In this document: piece by piece, positions 47,194 through 56,292 of the stretch | Numbering within the stretch: position 1 is the first letter of the stretch | Layout: the number at the start of each line of letters is the position of its first letter | Sequence record: PP695294.1 | Direction: 5' to 3' (one strand) | DNA length: 64,000 nt | Notes under the pieces: model-generated | What the model was told of the DNA's origin: nothing | What the model saw: only the letters and a program-made list of their open reading frames with translations | Databases searched by the model: none | Program-made: the position numbers and the translations under genes

Positions 47194-48195
47194 ATGAAAA
47201 CTGTGGCTAAATTGTTTCGCACCAGCATCCGCACTGCCGAGTTCCGAAATAACGTCGGTAGCGATACTGTACGAGCACGCCGCCTAAAAGAGTTTCTAAA
47301 GGACGAGACTTATTCTGTTTACGTGGTGAAGAATAAAGAAACCTGGGAGGGTTATTTAGTGGCCACCTATCGACACGGTGACCCTACGCTAACCTGTCAC
47401 TATTTTGAGGAGTTTGTACCTGGGGCATTCGATAAAGTTGGTTTGGCTCTTGTGCTCGACCATACCGGATTCGAATATATGTCGTGCCCAGCACCTACTG
47501 ACGATGTTGAACAAAAACTGGTCGAAAAAGGGTTTGTTCTTTCAGATATCGTTTGGGCATGTCATTCTAAACTGTTTGACAAAGTAATCACCGCATCAGA
47601 AATCAAGATTATTTCTGGTGATGCATACGCAGAACTTACCAAGGAAGATAAAGACGTTATCCTGAATTTGATTAGCGGTGCAATTTGCGAAGAGCTAGAA
47701 TACGATATGCGTGGCTACTATACACACATTGGTCCGTTAGCAGAAACAGTAATAGCAAGAATTCAGCACGCTAATGTGGAGACTGCAATTTGGCGAGACG
47801 GTCATGATATCGTCGGTATTGCCCAGATGCGCTTGGTTACACCAGGCGTCGTTGAACTTTCTGGTTTAACCGTTGCGCCCACGCACCGTAAACGTGGCAT
47901 TGGCCGCCGGCTAATGGGCGCGCTATTCGATTTCGCACAACGTCATTCCGACCAAGTCTATATTGAAACAGCTGCTGATAATAATCCAGCAAATCACCTG
48001 TACGGTAACATCTTACGTTGCAAGCAGGTACTGCGTACACTAACGTTGAAACGCGATCCTGAACTTATTAGCTGGAAACGGGTGAATGGGAACCGCGCCG
48101 ATCGAGTGCTGAAAGAAGAACCTAGCATTCCGGTGGAGACTACAACCAGGCTGACTATCAGTGATATGTTTCAATCTGGCATGAGAGGATGTTAA
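47194..48195 (+). CDS. Tandem-GNAT acetyltransferase (degenerate N domain, intact C domain)
   Basis: LTVAPTHRKRGIGRRLM and NNPANHLY in C domain; LVEKGFVL in N domain; ATG 47194 with SD GAGG. Confidence 0.85.
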   Translation: MKTVAKLFRTSIRTAEFRNNVGSDTVRARRLKEFLKDETYSVYVVKNKETWEGYLVATYRHGDPTLTCHYFEEFVPGAFDKVGLALVLDHTGFEYMSCPAPTDDVEQKLVEKGFVLSDIVWACHSKLFDKVITASEIKIISGDAYAELTKEDKDVILNLISGAICEELEYDMRGYYTHIGPLAETVIARIQHANVETAIWRDGHDIVGIAQMRLVTPGVVELSGLTVAPTHRKRGIGRRLMGALFDFAQRHSDQVYIETAADNNPANHLYGNILRCKQVLRTLTLKRDPELISWKRVNGNRADRVLKEEPSIPVETTTRLTISDMFQSGMRGC

Positions 48196-48198
48196 CGG

Positions 48199-49017
48199 GT
48201 GATAAAACCAATTTTAAAATGGATGGGTGGTAAGAGTCGTGTACTGCCCGAGCTGCTACAGGTGTTTCCGGATGCTGAGTATTTCGTTGAACCTTTTGTG
48301 GGCGCAGGGTCAGTGTTTTTAAACACTAAATACCCGAACTATATTCTCGGCGACACGAACCCGGACTTAATCGAGTTACTGACCATGGCGCGCGATCGTC
48401 CGGAAGCGCTGATTCTGGAAGCAAAGGCGCTCTTTGCAAATGGGACGGACCGCGGTCTCTACATGGAACGACGCGAGGGATTTAACAGCGAAACAACCAC
48501 GGGGAAACCTAATCTCCAGCGCGCCGCGATGTTCCTGTATCTTACACGTCATGGTTACAATGGTTTGTGCAGATACAATCAGTCGGGTGGGTTTAACGTG
48601 CCCTATGGTCAACACCCGAACGGTGTCTATTTCCCTGAAGAGGAAATTCTGGCGTGGGCAAAACGTTGTTCGGAAACCAACGTCGAGCTGCTCTGCGCGG
48701 ACTTCCGCGACATCCTAAATAAGTGCCCATCTAACGCTGTGATATACGCCGACCCGCCCTACATCCCACTTTCGGATACGGCTAAACACGCGCAGTATCA
48801 CAGCAAAGAATTTTCACAAGCTGACCACCGCGAGTTAGCGAAACTTTTAAAACAACAAGCTGCCGATGGCAATAAGGTCGTTCTGTCAAACGCAGATACG
48901 TTACTCACACGTGACATCTACTACGGTTTTACCTGGCGTGAAGTTCAGGTGGGCCGATATATGTCCGCCGATGCGAATAAACGTAAAGCGGTGACAGAGC
49001 TAATCGGCACCTTATAA
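48199..49017 (+). CDS. dam: DNA adenine methyltransferase (Dam family)
   Basis: LKWMGGKSR, VEPFVGAGSVF, YADPPY. Confidence 0.95.
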   Translation: MIKPILKWMGGKSRVLPELLQVFPDAEYFVEPFVGAGSVFLNTKYPNYILGDTNPDLIELLTMARDRPEALILEAKALFANGTDRGLYMERREGFNSETTTGKPNLQRAAMFLYLTRHGYNGLCRYNQSGGFNVPYGQHPNGVYFPEEEILAWAKRCSETNVELLCADFRDILNKCPSNAVIYADPPYIPLSDTAKHAQYHSKEFSQADHRELAKLLKQQAADGNKVVLSNADTLLTRDIYYGFTWREVQVGRYMSADANKRKAVTELIGTL

Positions 49018-49026
49018 GGTACCAAC

Positions 49027-49830
49027 ATGCAACTATTTAATCTATACGGTATGGACAAAAATGACCTGACCGTAGAGTTTAGTGGTCGATTGACCACCTT
49101 GGGGCAACTCCGTGAACGGATTCAAGATTTGCGACCCGTCGCAGACCAAGAAGACGATCATTGGTTAGTGTTGAGCAATAGCGGTCGTGCGCAAATGTAT
49201 TTTCGTGGATGTCGTTCAGGTATTGTTTACTACATCTACGAGTTGCACGTGCTTTCCGAGCCCCTGTTCCACGAGTGGAAGCGTTTAACGCGACTCCTGG
49301 AAGTGCAGATGCTTGATATCACCTGTTTTCCGCATGACACCGAACATGCGGCATTGTACCAATGTCTGGGGTTCGAAGCTGTAACGAAGCGTGTGGAGAT
49401 TACTGTCAGTCCGAAATACGGTTTTACGTCAGACCCATCGGTTGTCCCGTTGGAGACATTGTCATTAGAACAAACCCAAGATGTTTGCTATCTAATGCGA
49501 CCTACGCTAAAAGACGCAGGAACGCGTGAGATGTTGGGTGAATTAGCAAATGGTTTTGTCTCTGCGTTCGTGGGGCTGCACGGCCAGAAACCGTTTTCAT
49601 TAATGCTTTATAAGGAGTTCCCGAAGAGCATCATTACTGAGCAATTCTGCTGCCAAACTTTTGACCCGGTTGCTTACTCGGTAGAGTTTCTAAAACACTA
49701 CCACGCCATTTTGCATTTGGCGGGACAGAAAGGTAAGAAGGTCAACATGGGCGTTGCGATAGAGCACGAGTTTCCTTCTATCGAAGGGTTAGAGTATCGT
49801 GTAATCACGCATCACTACACCCTTGCGTAA
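49027..49830 (+). CDS. Degenerate tandem GNAT-fold protein
   Basis: AALYQCLGFEAV resembles motif B at mid-protein; no clear motif A. Confidence 0.45.
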   Translation: MQLFNLYGMDKNDLTVEFSGRLTTLGQLRERIQDLRPVADQEDDHWLVLSNSGRAQMYFRGCRSGIVYYIYELHVLSEPLFHEWKRLTRLLEVQMLDITCFPHDTEHAALYQCLGFEAVTKRVEITVSPKYGFTSDPSVVPLETLSLEQTQDVCYLMRPTLKDAGTREMLGELANGFVSAFVGLHGQKPFSLMLYKEFPKSIITEQFCCQTFDPVAYSVEFLKHYHAILHLAGQKGKKVNMGVAIEHEFPSIEGLEYRVITHHYTLA

Positions 49831-49839
49831 GGAGAGAAT

Positions 49840-50652
49840 ATGCTGAGAGTTATCGAACGCACGGAGAGGATTCTGGACCGAACGTGGTTGGAAGACCGTA
49901 AAGCGTTATCGTTGTTAAATGATATCGATCCTTCCACGTTACAAGATGAACGTCGTCTTTACTACCGAATCTTTGAAGTTTTCAGTCGGGACACAGTTGC
50001 GCCCGACGCGATCGTGCTCTGTCTGGACCACGGATACATGTTAGAAGTTATCAATATGGTTCGTGCTTTAGACGCCCAGTTAACCTCGCTTGCGGATGCT
50101 TTACTCCGCTCAGCGGGGTGTAACTACGCGATGCATTTTACTCGTTCGGAAGGGGACGAATATTCGCGCATGGGCTTTTGTTGCGAAACGATAAACTACC
50201 GCAAAATTAATACATCGGTGCCTAGCCACGATGAGGATTTCTGTGGGGATGTCAGTTCGTTGTTCGATAGTAAGAAAGCGTTCTTGGATTGGGTTAGGAT
50301 GCTTTACGGTACAAGCTCTATCTACTCAACGCTTGTCATGGGCGGGAGGATGATGTCATGGCGGAGCAGCGATAGTTACAAACTGACAGTGCTCTCACAT
50401 CGTGGACGACGCTGGGTTATTGGTGGATGGTTTACCGCAGAAGGGGTGGTTACTCTAACTCGAGAGGAGTTCGGACTGTTGATGCACTGTATCCAGTCTG
50501 AATTACCGGTGGGGGATGAATTAGTTTACACTTACCACCAATATACTGGGGGACCAGCCGCAATGTGGTTATTAGAAAATGGTTGGCTACCCGAAAGTTA
50601 TGTGTACGGACGTGCCCTGAAAACTACTAATGGAGAAAATAATGCAAATTAA
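49840..50652 (+). CDS. Degenerate tandem GNAT-fold protein
   Basis: EYSRMGF mid-protein and AMWLLENGW near end, both motif-B-like; no clear motif A. Confidence 0.35.
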   Translation: MLRVIERTERILDRTWLEDRKALSLLNDIDPSTLQDERRLYYRIFEVFSRDTVAPDAIVLCLDHGYMLEVINMVRALDAQLTSLADALLRSAGCNYAMHFTRSEGDEYSRMGFCCETINYRKINTSVPSHDEDFCGDVSSLFDSKKAFLDWVRMLYGTSSIYSTLVMGGRMMSWRSSDSYKLTVLSHRGRRWVIGGWFTAEGVVTLTREEFGLLMHCIQSELPVGDELVYTYHQYTGGPAAMWLLENGWLPESYVYGRALKTTNGENNAN

Positions 50653-50920
50653 TCGTACAGTGTCGAAGTCTAAAGAAGTCGTTTACAACGTTGAGGACGG
50701 CGACGTAATGCAGTTCCGTGCCGTTATTGACGAACAGCACGTACTCCAAGTCGTTTATTCGAAAGAAGAAATGACTCGCGCACATAGCCGCGTGTTGGAA
50801 AAGCTCGTCGCGAAAGCCAAACAACGCGACGGCATTAAATCCTACAACGTTATGTACGGTTATCAGTTACGTGAGGTGGAAGGGGAGCTGTTAATCACCC
50901 CTGTTCCGGTAACGGCGTAA
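50642..50920 (+). CDS. Small hypothetical protein
   Basis: 92 aa from ATG 50642, SD GGAG. Confidence 0.75.
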   Translation: MQINRTVSKSKEVVYNVEDGDVMQFRAVIDEQHVLQVVYSKEEMTRAHSRVLEKLVAKAKQRDGIKSYNVMYGYQLREVEGELLITPVPVTA

Positions 50921-50960
50921 TTCGCCATTGTATGACCCTTAAACACCGTTGAGGTTAACT

Positions 50961-51443
50961 ATGGATATGATCGAATTAGGTCAGCTCCCTCAGCACGATT
51001 TCGATTTAGGCGTGCGTCATGAGGAAGGGGCCGACGCGAACACACTGATGGCCCGCTACTACGAGCTACTGACCGGTCAACCGTTGGACGATGAACACAT
51101 CAACCGTTTTGAAAAACTGTTGGCACAACTCATCACCTCTAACGCAGAACGCATTGGCATGTTGAACGAAATGAACTTTGCCGATGTAGAGCCGTCTGAC
51201 GCTCAGAAGATTCTTATCGATGGTCCTGTGCCAAGCGATGAGGTACAAGACCTTCTGGCAGGTATCCGTGCAGGCTTCGATGAAGCTGCTGAGAAATACG
51301 CGGAAGAGCTGGCAGATGTCGATTTGGCTGCGCCGGTTGACCCGAATCCATCTGCAGAGGAGACTGCAGCTGCGAAATTGAAACTCGCACGCTTTATCTG
51401 TGCTGCTGTCTTGACAGACGACCGTGAAGAAAACCAACTGTAA
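50961..51443 (+). CDS. Acidic protein, probable late/head protein
   Basis: TATGAC at 50931, SD GAGG, AEE/AAE sites, own terminator at 51450. Confidence 0.6.
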   Translation: MDMIELGQLPQHDFDLGVRHEEGADANTLMARYYELLTGQPLDDEHINRFEKLLAQLITSNAERIGMLNEMNFADVEPSDAQKILIDGPVPSDEVQDLLAGIRAGFDEAAEKYAEELADVDLAAPVDPNPSAEETAAAKLKLARFICAAVLTDDREENQL

Positions 51444-51539
51444 GGCCCGCCTCCTTGCCCACGGGTGAGGAGGTCCCTTTTTATTTACATCAGTCCACTA
51501 ACTTATGTGAAACAACCCACGTAATGAGGAATTAAGAGA

Positions 51540-51857
51540 ATGTGGTTAAGTGCTATTCATCGTGACCTGCCAAAACGTGAAGTGACTCTTTCTGTCGATG
51601 CGGAACCGATTACCGTTGGTGTCGCTAACTTCGACCGTATGGAAGAAGGGCAGTATGTCGTGGTGGACAACGATGAAAACGAATTCATGTTATTCCATCC
51701 CGAAGTTGATGCGTCTGAAATCCGCGAGGGTTCTATCTTGTTTTCTTGGCAAGACAAAGAAACTAAACAGTGGATGTGGTGCGTTGCTAACACAACCAAT
51801 GAAAAAGGTACCGCGTATGCCCCAGGACAGCTTCATGTCGAACCTAAACCCCATTGA
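51540..51857 (+). CDS. Small beta-rich (OB/SH3-like) hypothetical protein
   Basis: 105 aa, SD GAGGA. Confidence 0.65.
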   Translation: MWLSAIHRDLPKREVTLSVDAEPITVGVANFDRMEEGQYVVVDNDENEFMLFHPEVDASEIREGSILFSWQDKETKQWMWCVANTTNEKGTAYAPGQLHVEPKPH

Positions 51858-52149
51858 GCCCACACTGACGCACCAGGAACTGCACGTCCGCTTTATTCGG
51901 GCGTTCACACCCCCGTTAGGTGGTGAGGTACACGATCGTTCCGTGGTTGCAGAAGTTAAAGGTATCGGCGAAGAACTAATGACACTGTCTAATATTGTGA
52001 CGGGTGTTGAGTTCACGTTACCGTTAAACGTATTCCGGTTTATTCCGCGTGTAAACGAAACGTTGCTCATCGACCGTGTACATCATCGGATTATGGCGCA
52101 GGTACATCCTAGCCGTAAAGAGTATGTGCGCTTAGAGATGATGGTCTAA
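51835..52149 (+). CDS. Small beta-rich (OB-like) hypothetical protein
   Basis: Start moved to ATG 51835 (SD AGGA). Confidence 0.6.
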   Translation: MSNLNPIEPTLTHQELHVRFIRAFTPPLGGEVHDRSVVAEVKGIGEELMTLSNIVTGVEFTLPLNVFRFIPRVNETLLIDRVHHRIMAQVHPSRKEYVRLEMMV

Positions 52150-52162
52150 CGCACGACTTTTC

Positions 52163-52183
52163 AGATAGATGTTATTTTACTGA
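52163..52183 (+). promoter_or_regulatory. Early promoter variant
   Basis: AGATAGATGTTATTTTACTGA. Confidence 0.6.
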
Positions 52184-52211
52184 ACCTAACTGTAAAGAAA
52201 GGAAAAAGTAG

Positions 52212-52517
52212 ATGGCTAAACAATACACAATTGTTAAACGCGCAGGTACGACTCTGCTGTACGTGGAGAAAGGTTGTGAGAACACTGCAACCGCCAAGAA
52301 ACTGAACCTGCAAGGGTTTCTGTATCAAGGTCTCCGCGCGGGCTTGACCATCACTTTCAAAGGTTTACCACAGGCGAAGAATCTGCGTGTTCTCCGCGCA
52401 GACGGCGTAGAACGTGCCTTGGTAGCCGACACCCCGGTTGATACCATCCCTGCCACTAAGAAGGTAGCGAAAGCAACCAAGAAAGTCGTCGATAAACGCA
52501 AACGCGTTGTCGCTTAA
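52212..52517 (+). CDS. Basic protein with Lys-rich C-terminal tail
   Basis: PATKKVAKATKKVVDKRKRVVA. Confidence 0.75.
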   Translation: MAKQYTIVKRAGTTLLYVEKGCENTATAKKLNLQGFLYQGLRAGLTITFKGLPQAKNLRVLRADGVERALVADTPVDTIPATKKVAKATKKVVDKRKRVVA

Positions 52518-52522
52518 ATAGT

Positions 52523-52565
52523 CCCCTACCTAACTTCGGTTAGGTAGGGTTCTTTTTATTTTTAA
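52523..52565 (+). terminator. Intrinsic terminator
   Basis: CCCTACCTAAC-TTCG-GTTAGGTAGGG plus T tract. Confidence 0.92.
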
Positions 52566-52583
52566 CCCTTTGGGGGGTATACC

Positions 52584-53036
52584 ATGTTTCAATGTTCAGT
52601 CGTCAATGATGCGGAATTGGCCGCGTACAAGCAGCGCACAATCCGGGCGCTGGATGCTGAAAAACCAGTCGATGTTAAAACGCGTGCAATCATTAGGGCA
52701 TTTAGCGAATGGCCGAATATCGCAACCGTTTGGGCATTCACGGGAGAAGTTCGCAAAGACGGAGACAAGCTTCGTACACGTAGACACCACAGCTTAACAT
52801 TTGTGGCAACCGAGGCGGGTCTTAAAGACATTAATCATTTATTAGAAGGATGGCAGCCGCACGAATACGGGAAACGTTTTCAGTTAAACTTTACTTGGCT
52901 GCGTCAAGAAGGCAACGCGAATCTCTGTTATCCAAGCTGGACGTTTAGACTCAACTATCGACCTGACCCGGATGTGATGGAAAGAGTGATGGAGCACTGG
53001 CTCGCACTCGCAATTTTTACAGAACATAACCATTAA
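52584..53036 (+). CDS. TYW3-like fold protein, degenerate motif
   Basis: VDVKTRAII...ATVWAFTGE aligns with 53065. Confidence 0.45.
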   Translation: MFQCSVVNDAELAAYKQRTIRALDAEKPVDVKTRAIIRAFSEWPNIATVWAFTGEVRKDGDKLRTRRHHSLTFVATEAGLKDINHLLEGWQPHEYGKRFQLNFTWLRQEGNANLCYPSWTFRLNYRPDPDVMERVMEHWLALAIFTEHNH

Positions 53037-53064
53037 ATGAAGACACCCTTAAGGAGAATTAAAG

Positions 53065-53535
53065 ATGCCAGTTTTATACGGTGGTGTGGATCTGAAAGTT
53101 TTGGATCGGTTTAAACTACGGGCATCCGAAGCGCTCGTAAACGGTTGGGTCGAGCGTGGGGTACGGGATGCGTGTGAAGTTATTTGCCGTTACCCCGGCG
53201 CGACGACAATGTGGTCATGTCATGGACACGGACCATATTCTAAAAAGAACTCGCCAGGGGAGTTCCATGTAGTGTTTGTTCTTGGTGTTGGCTTTGAGCA
53301 CAAAGCGCATGAGCTAGTTGCTGAGTTAATGAAAGCGGATATTCCACCGTTGTGGGATTTATCCATGGCGAGACTCATGTACCCTGATGATGATTTCGTT
53401 TATGACCTCAGCGAAATCACCCTGAAAAACACGTATAACGCGTGGAAGATAACGTATCGTTATCTGCACACCGAACAATCCCTTCGTGAAATTCGTAAAG
53501 TATTCCACACAGTTTGCAAAAAGGTTTTTAACTAA
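53065..53535 (+). CDS. TYW3-like fold protein
   Basis: VERGVRDAC...TTMWSCHGH resembles the TYW3 N-terminal TTSSCSGR motif. Confidence 0.55.
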   Translation: MPVLYGGVDLKVLDRFKLRASEALVNGWVERGVRDACEVICRYPGATTMWSCHGHGPYSKKNSPGEFHVVFVLGVGFEHKAHELVAELMKADIPPLWDLSMARLMYPDDDFVYDLSEITLKNTYNAWKITYRYLHTEQSLREIRKVFHTVCKKVFN

Positions 53536-54233
53536 TGGCTAAGCAAAAGAAACCCCGTAACAAAAAGTATAACCCGAAAGTTGCCACAGAACGTACGGCA
53601 CACACCGTCGCTGAAAACGCTCTGAATCGTATCACGTTTATCGGTAGTTCGATTCGTCGCCTCGGGCCGTACGCGGGCCGTGGTTTTCACTTTACAGCAA
53701 GCCCACGTATTCGTGCTATCGCCACAGATATGTTAGTCGGTGGGCTGTTCGACCAACCGCGACCATGGCATCTTTGGGTGATGCACCTCACTGAACTCGA
53801 CACCGGTGAAATTGTAACAGAAACCGCAGTTGCCACACTTGACGATTATACTTTGGCGGACTTCTGTGAACATGCTGAGGAGTTAGTTAAATCGTTACGC
53901 CCTGAACAGGAAGAGGGGAAGTATTTCGGTTATGCATTTGTGGCTGCACCGAACGAGCGATACGACTTCAAAGCGGAAGAAGACCAGCTCATTGAAAACT
54001 TCATGCATTCTGGACTACTTGATACGTCGTTACATCTGTCGGAAGAACAGCAGTTCGTTAGTCGTGCAGAAATGGCAAAGTTACTTGTTGGTTATACTCG
54101 GAAGTTTGACGTGACCGTTGAACATGTCAAAGAAGTACCAGAGATTGTGAGCAAGAAAGACGAGGTGGTGCTTCCGGTTGACGAGGTTGTCAGTAAAGTA
54201 GCGACTGCGATAGGGGCAACGGGGGATTACTGA
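53535..54233 (+). CDS. Hypothetical protein with basic N-terminus
   Basis: MAKQKKPRNKKYNPKVATE; 232 aa. Confidence 0.7.
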   Translation: MAKQKKPRNKKYNPKVATERTAHTVAENALNRITFIGSSIRRLGPYAGRGFHFTASPRIRAIATDMLVGGLFDQPRPWHLWVMHLTELDTGEIVTETAVATLDDYTLADFCEHAEELVKSLRPEQEEGKYFGYAFVAAPNERYDFKAEEDQLIENFMHSGLLDTSLHLSEEQQFVSRAEMAKLLVGYTRKFDVTVEHVKEVPEIVSKKDEVVLPVDEVVSKVATAIGATGDY

Positions 54234-54442
54234 TGAATCTACGTTGGCCGATTGCAGCTGCTGTGTTGTTCTGTATTTATATCGCCGTCAGTACCAGTAC
54301 CCGCACTGCAGAACGTCGCGAGACCGCAACCAGTACGTTCAGAATGTGTATTGATCGAGTAGACCCGAACAATAGCACTTATCCTGACGCGGTGAACGCG
54401 TGTCGCAAAGCGGTTGCTGAGATATTGAAAGAGGAAAAATAA
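54233..54442 (+). CDS. Small exported/membrane protein with Cys pair
   Basis: Hydrophobic N-terminus; C-x17-C. Confidence 0.65.
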   Translation: MNLRWPIAAAVLFCIYIAVSTSTRTAERRETATSTFRMCIDRVDPNNSTYPDAVNACRKAVAEILKEEK

Positions 54443-56202
54443 TGGAAAACCTTACGCCGATTGAGATAGTGGCGCTATTCGACCGTTACGTATACGGACA
54501 AACGCAGGCAAAGAAAATGCTGGCGATTGCGCTACGTAATCGATATCGTGCCAACAAACTCAACGTAGTGGACCGTATGTCGGTCCACAAACAGAACCTT
54601 TTAATAGAAGGTCCAACAGGCACGGGTAAAACGGCGTTGATGCGGGTACTGAAAACTAAATTCGGTTTACCCGTACTGGAACTCGACATGACCGCGTTTA
54701 CAGAATCGGGCTACGTAGGCCGGGAAGTTACATCAATCGGCAAGGACTTAGCCGACTTAGCGCGTTCTGTCGAATTGCCCGACTGGTATATCGAACTGCG
54801 TACCAAACGTCGTGTCGAGTCGGAAGTAGACGGTAATCGTCTTACTCGAGAAGAGTGGGAGCGTGAATCCCGCAAGGAAGTTGAACGTGAACTAGACGAG
54901 CGCGCCGCTGAGCGCCAGCTGCGGTATCAAGCTAAACGTGAACACACCGAACTATTACGGCGTCAGGGTATACTCGATCCGAAGGAGTTGTACGAAGAAT
55001 ACCAAGACATCTATTGTCTTCGCGCGTTTATGGTTGGCTATTGCCGTCAACATAATTTAACCTACGAAGACTTCGATATTTATTCTGTTGCGCTCGGTGG
55101 TCGTACTGTGCAGGAATGGATAGATAAGATGTCGGAAATCGCAAGGAGTCTGCTCGGTGTCTCGTCAATTTCTGAACTGTTAAATAGTGAAGAACTTGAA
55201 AGTCAAGTCGATGAGTTAATGGGTGGCGATATACCGGGCACGATTGGGTATATGGGTGAGTTTATGTCGCTGATGGCTTTAGGCGAACAGATTGACTTAT
55301 ACGTTGATGCTGGTCAAAAGTTGATGTCGAATAACCTTCCGCTCTCATGTGCCGATGGCTCAGATTTCTACGATTTGTTCGACACGTTTAACGGCGACGA
55401 CGAGGACGCCGAGCCGGTGGGCATTAATTGGTTCCCGATCGACGCTGCAGCGTTTACTATTCGCATGTTGTCTCGTTTGGAAGATCCTGAGAAGTGGTGT
55501 CGTTGGTGGGATGACGTGTTCGAAGGTTCTCCAGAATTTACCAAATACGCTGATGAACGACTCTGGCATTACGAGATACCTGAAACAGTTGCACCAGAAA
55601 AAGAAACAGTCAGCCGCAAAGACCTCAAGAAACTACCCAACTGTAATGGGCATGATTTCGTTGAGAACTTTGCGGTGGTGTTCCTGGATGAGTTTGACAA
55701 ACTTATCGAGGTTGACACGCAACACTCTGCACGTGTATCCCGTAGTGGTGTGCAGCGTAGCTTGTTGAAAATGGTTGAAGGAGGTATTTATCATGGCGTT
55801 GACACAACCAATGTGCTTTTTGTCGCTGCTGGGTCGTTTGCTCAAGCGCCTGTTTCTAAACTCATGGCAGAACTCCAGGGACGTTTTCCGTTAAGGGCGA
55901 AAATGTCTTCGCTGGATACCGAGGCACTGATTGCTATCTGTAAGTTGGATAACAGTGAGTTCCACGGCATGATTAAGTTGTTGAAAACCGAAGGGGTGGA
56001 AACGCAGTACGACATGGACACCTATACGTTCATCGCTGAGAAAACAATGGAAGCCAATGCTGTAGAGAACCTTGGTGCTCGTCGACTGGCGGATATTGTT
56101 CATCAGATCTTCTTACCTGCGTCTTACGACTCTTCGAAATATAAGCAATACGACATACGTGGTGAAACGCTGCGTGGTCACGCTTGGACAGAGAAAGCAT
56201 AG
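54442..56202 (+). CDS. hslU: HslU-like AAA+ ATPase
   Basis: GPTGTGKT, FTESGYVG, FLDEFDKL, VSRSGVQRSLL, ELQGRFP, ENLGARRL. Confidence 0.9.
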   Translation: MENLTPIEIVALFDRYVYGQTQAKKMLAIALRNRYRANKLNVVDRMSVHKQNLLIEGPTGTGKTALMRVLKTKFGLPVLELDMTAFTESGYVGREVTSIGKDLADLARSVELPDWYIELRTKRRVESEVDGNRLTREEWERESRKEVERELDERAAERQLRYQAKREHTELLRRQGILDPKELYEEYQDIYCLRAFMVGYCRQHNLTYEDFDIYSVALGGRTVQEWIDKMSEIARSLLGVSSISELLNSEELESQVDELMGGDIPGTIGYMGEFMSLMALGEQIDLYVDAGQKLMSNNLPLSCADGSDFYDLFDTFNGDDEDAEPVGINWFPIDAAAFTIRMLSRLEDPEKWCRWWDDVFEGSPEFTKYADERLWHYEIPETVAPEKETVSRKDLKKLPNCNGHDFVENFAVVFLDEFDKLIEVDTQHSARVSRSGVQRSLLKMVEGGIYHGVDTTNVLFVAAGSFAQAPVSKLMAELQGRFPLRAKMSSLDTEALIAICKLDNSEFHGMIKLLKTEGVETQYDMDTYTFIAEKTMEANAVENLGARRLADIVHQIFLPASYDSSKYKQYDIRGETLRGHAWTEKA

Positions 56203-56292
56203 TGCTAATAGCGCCGCATGTGCGCTATTGACCCTAGGTTACATGGATTTAATTTTAACCCTACGTTATCAACTTATACGCACGGTGAAACA

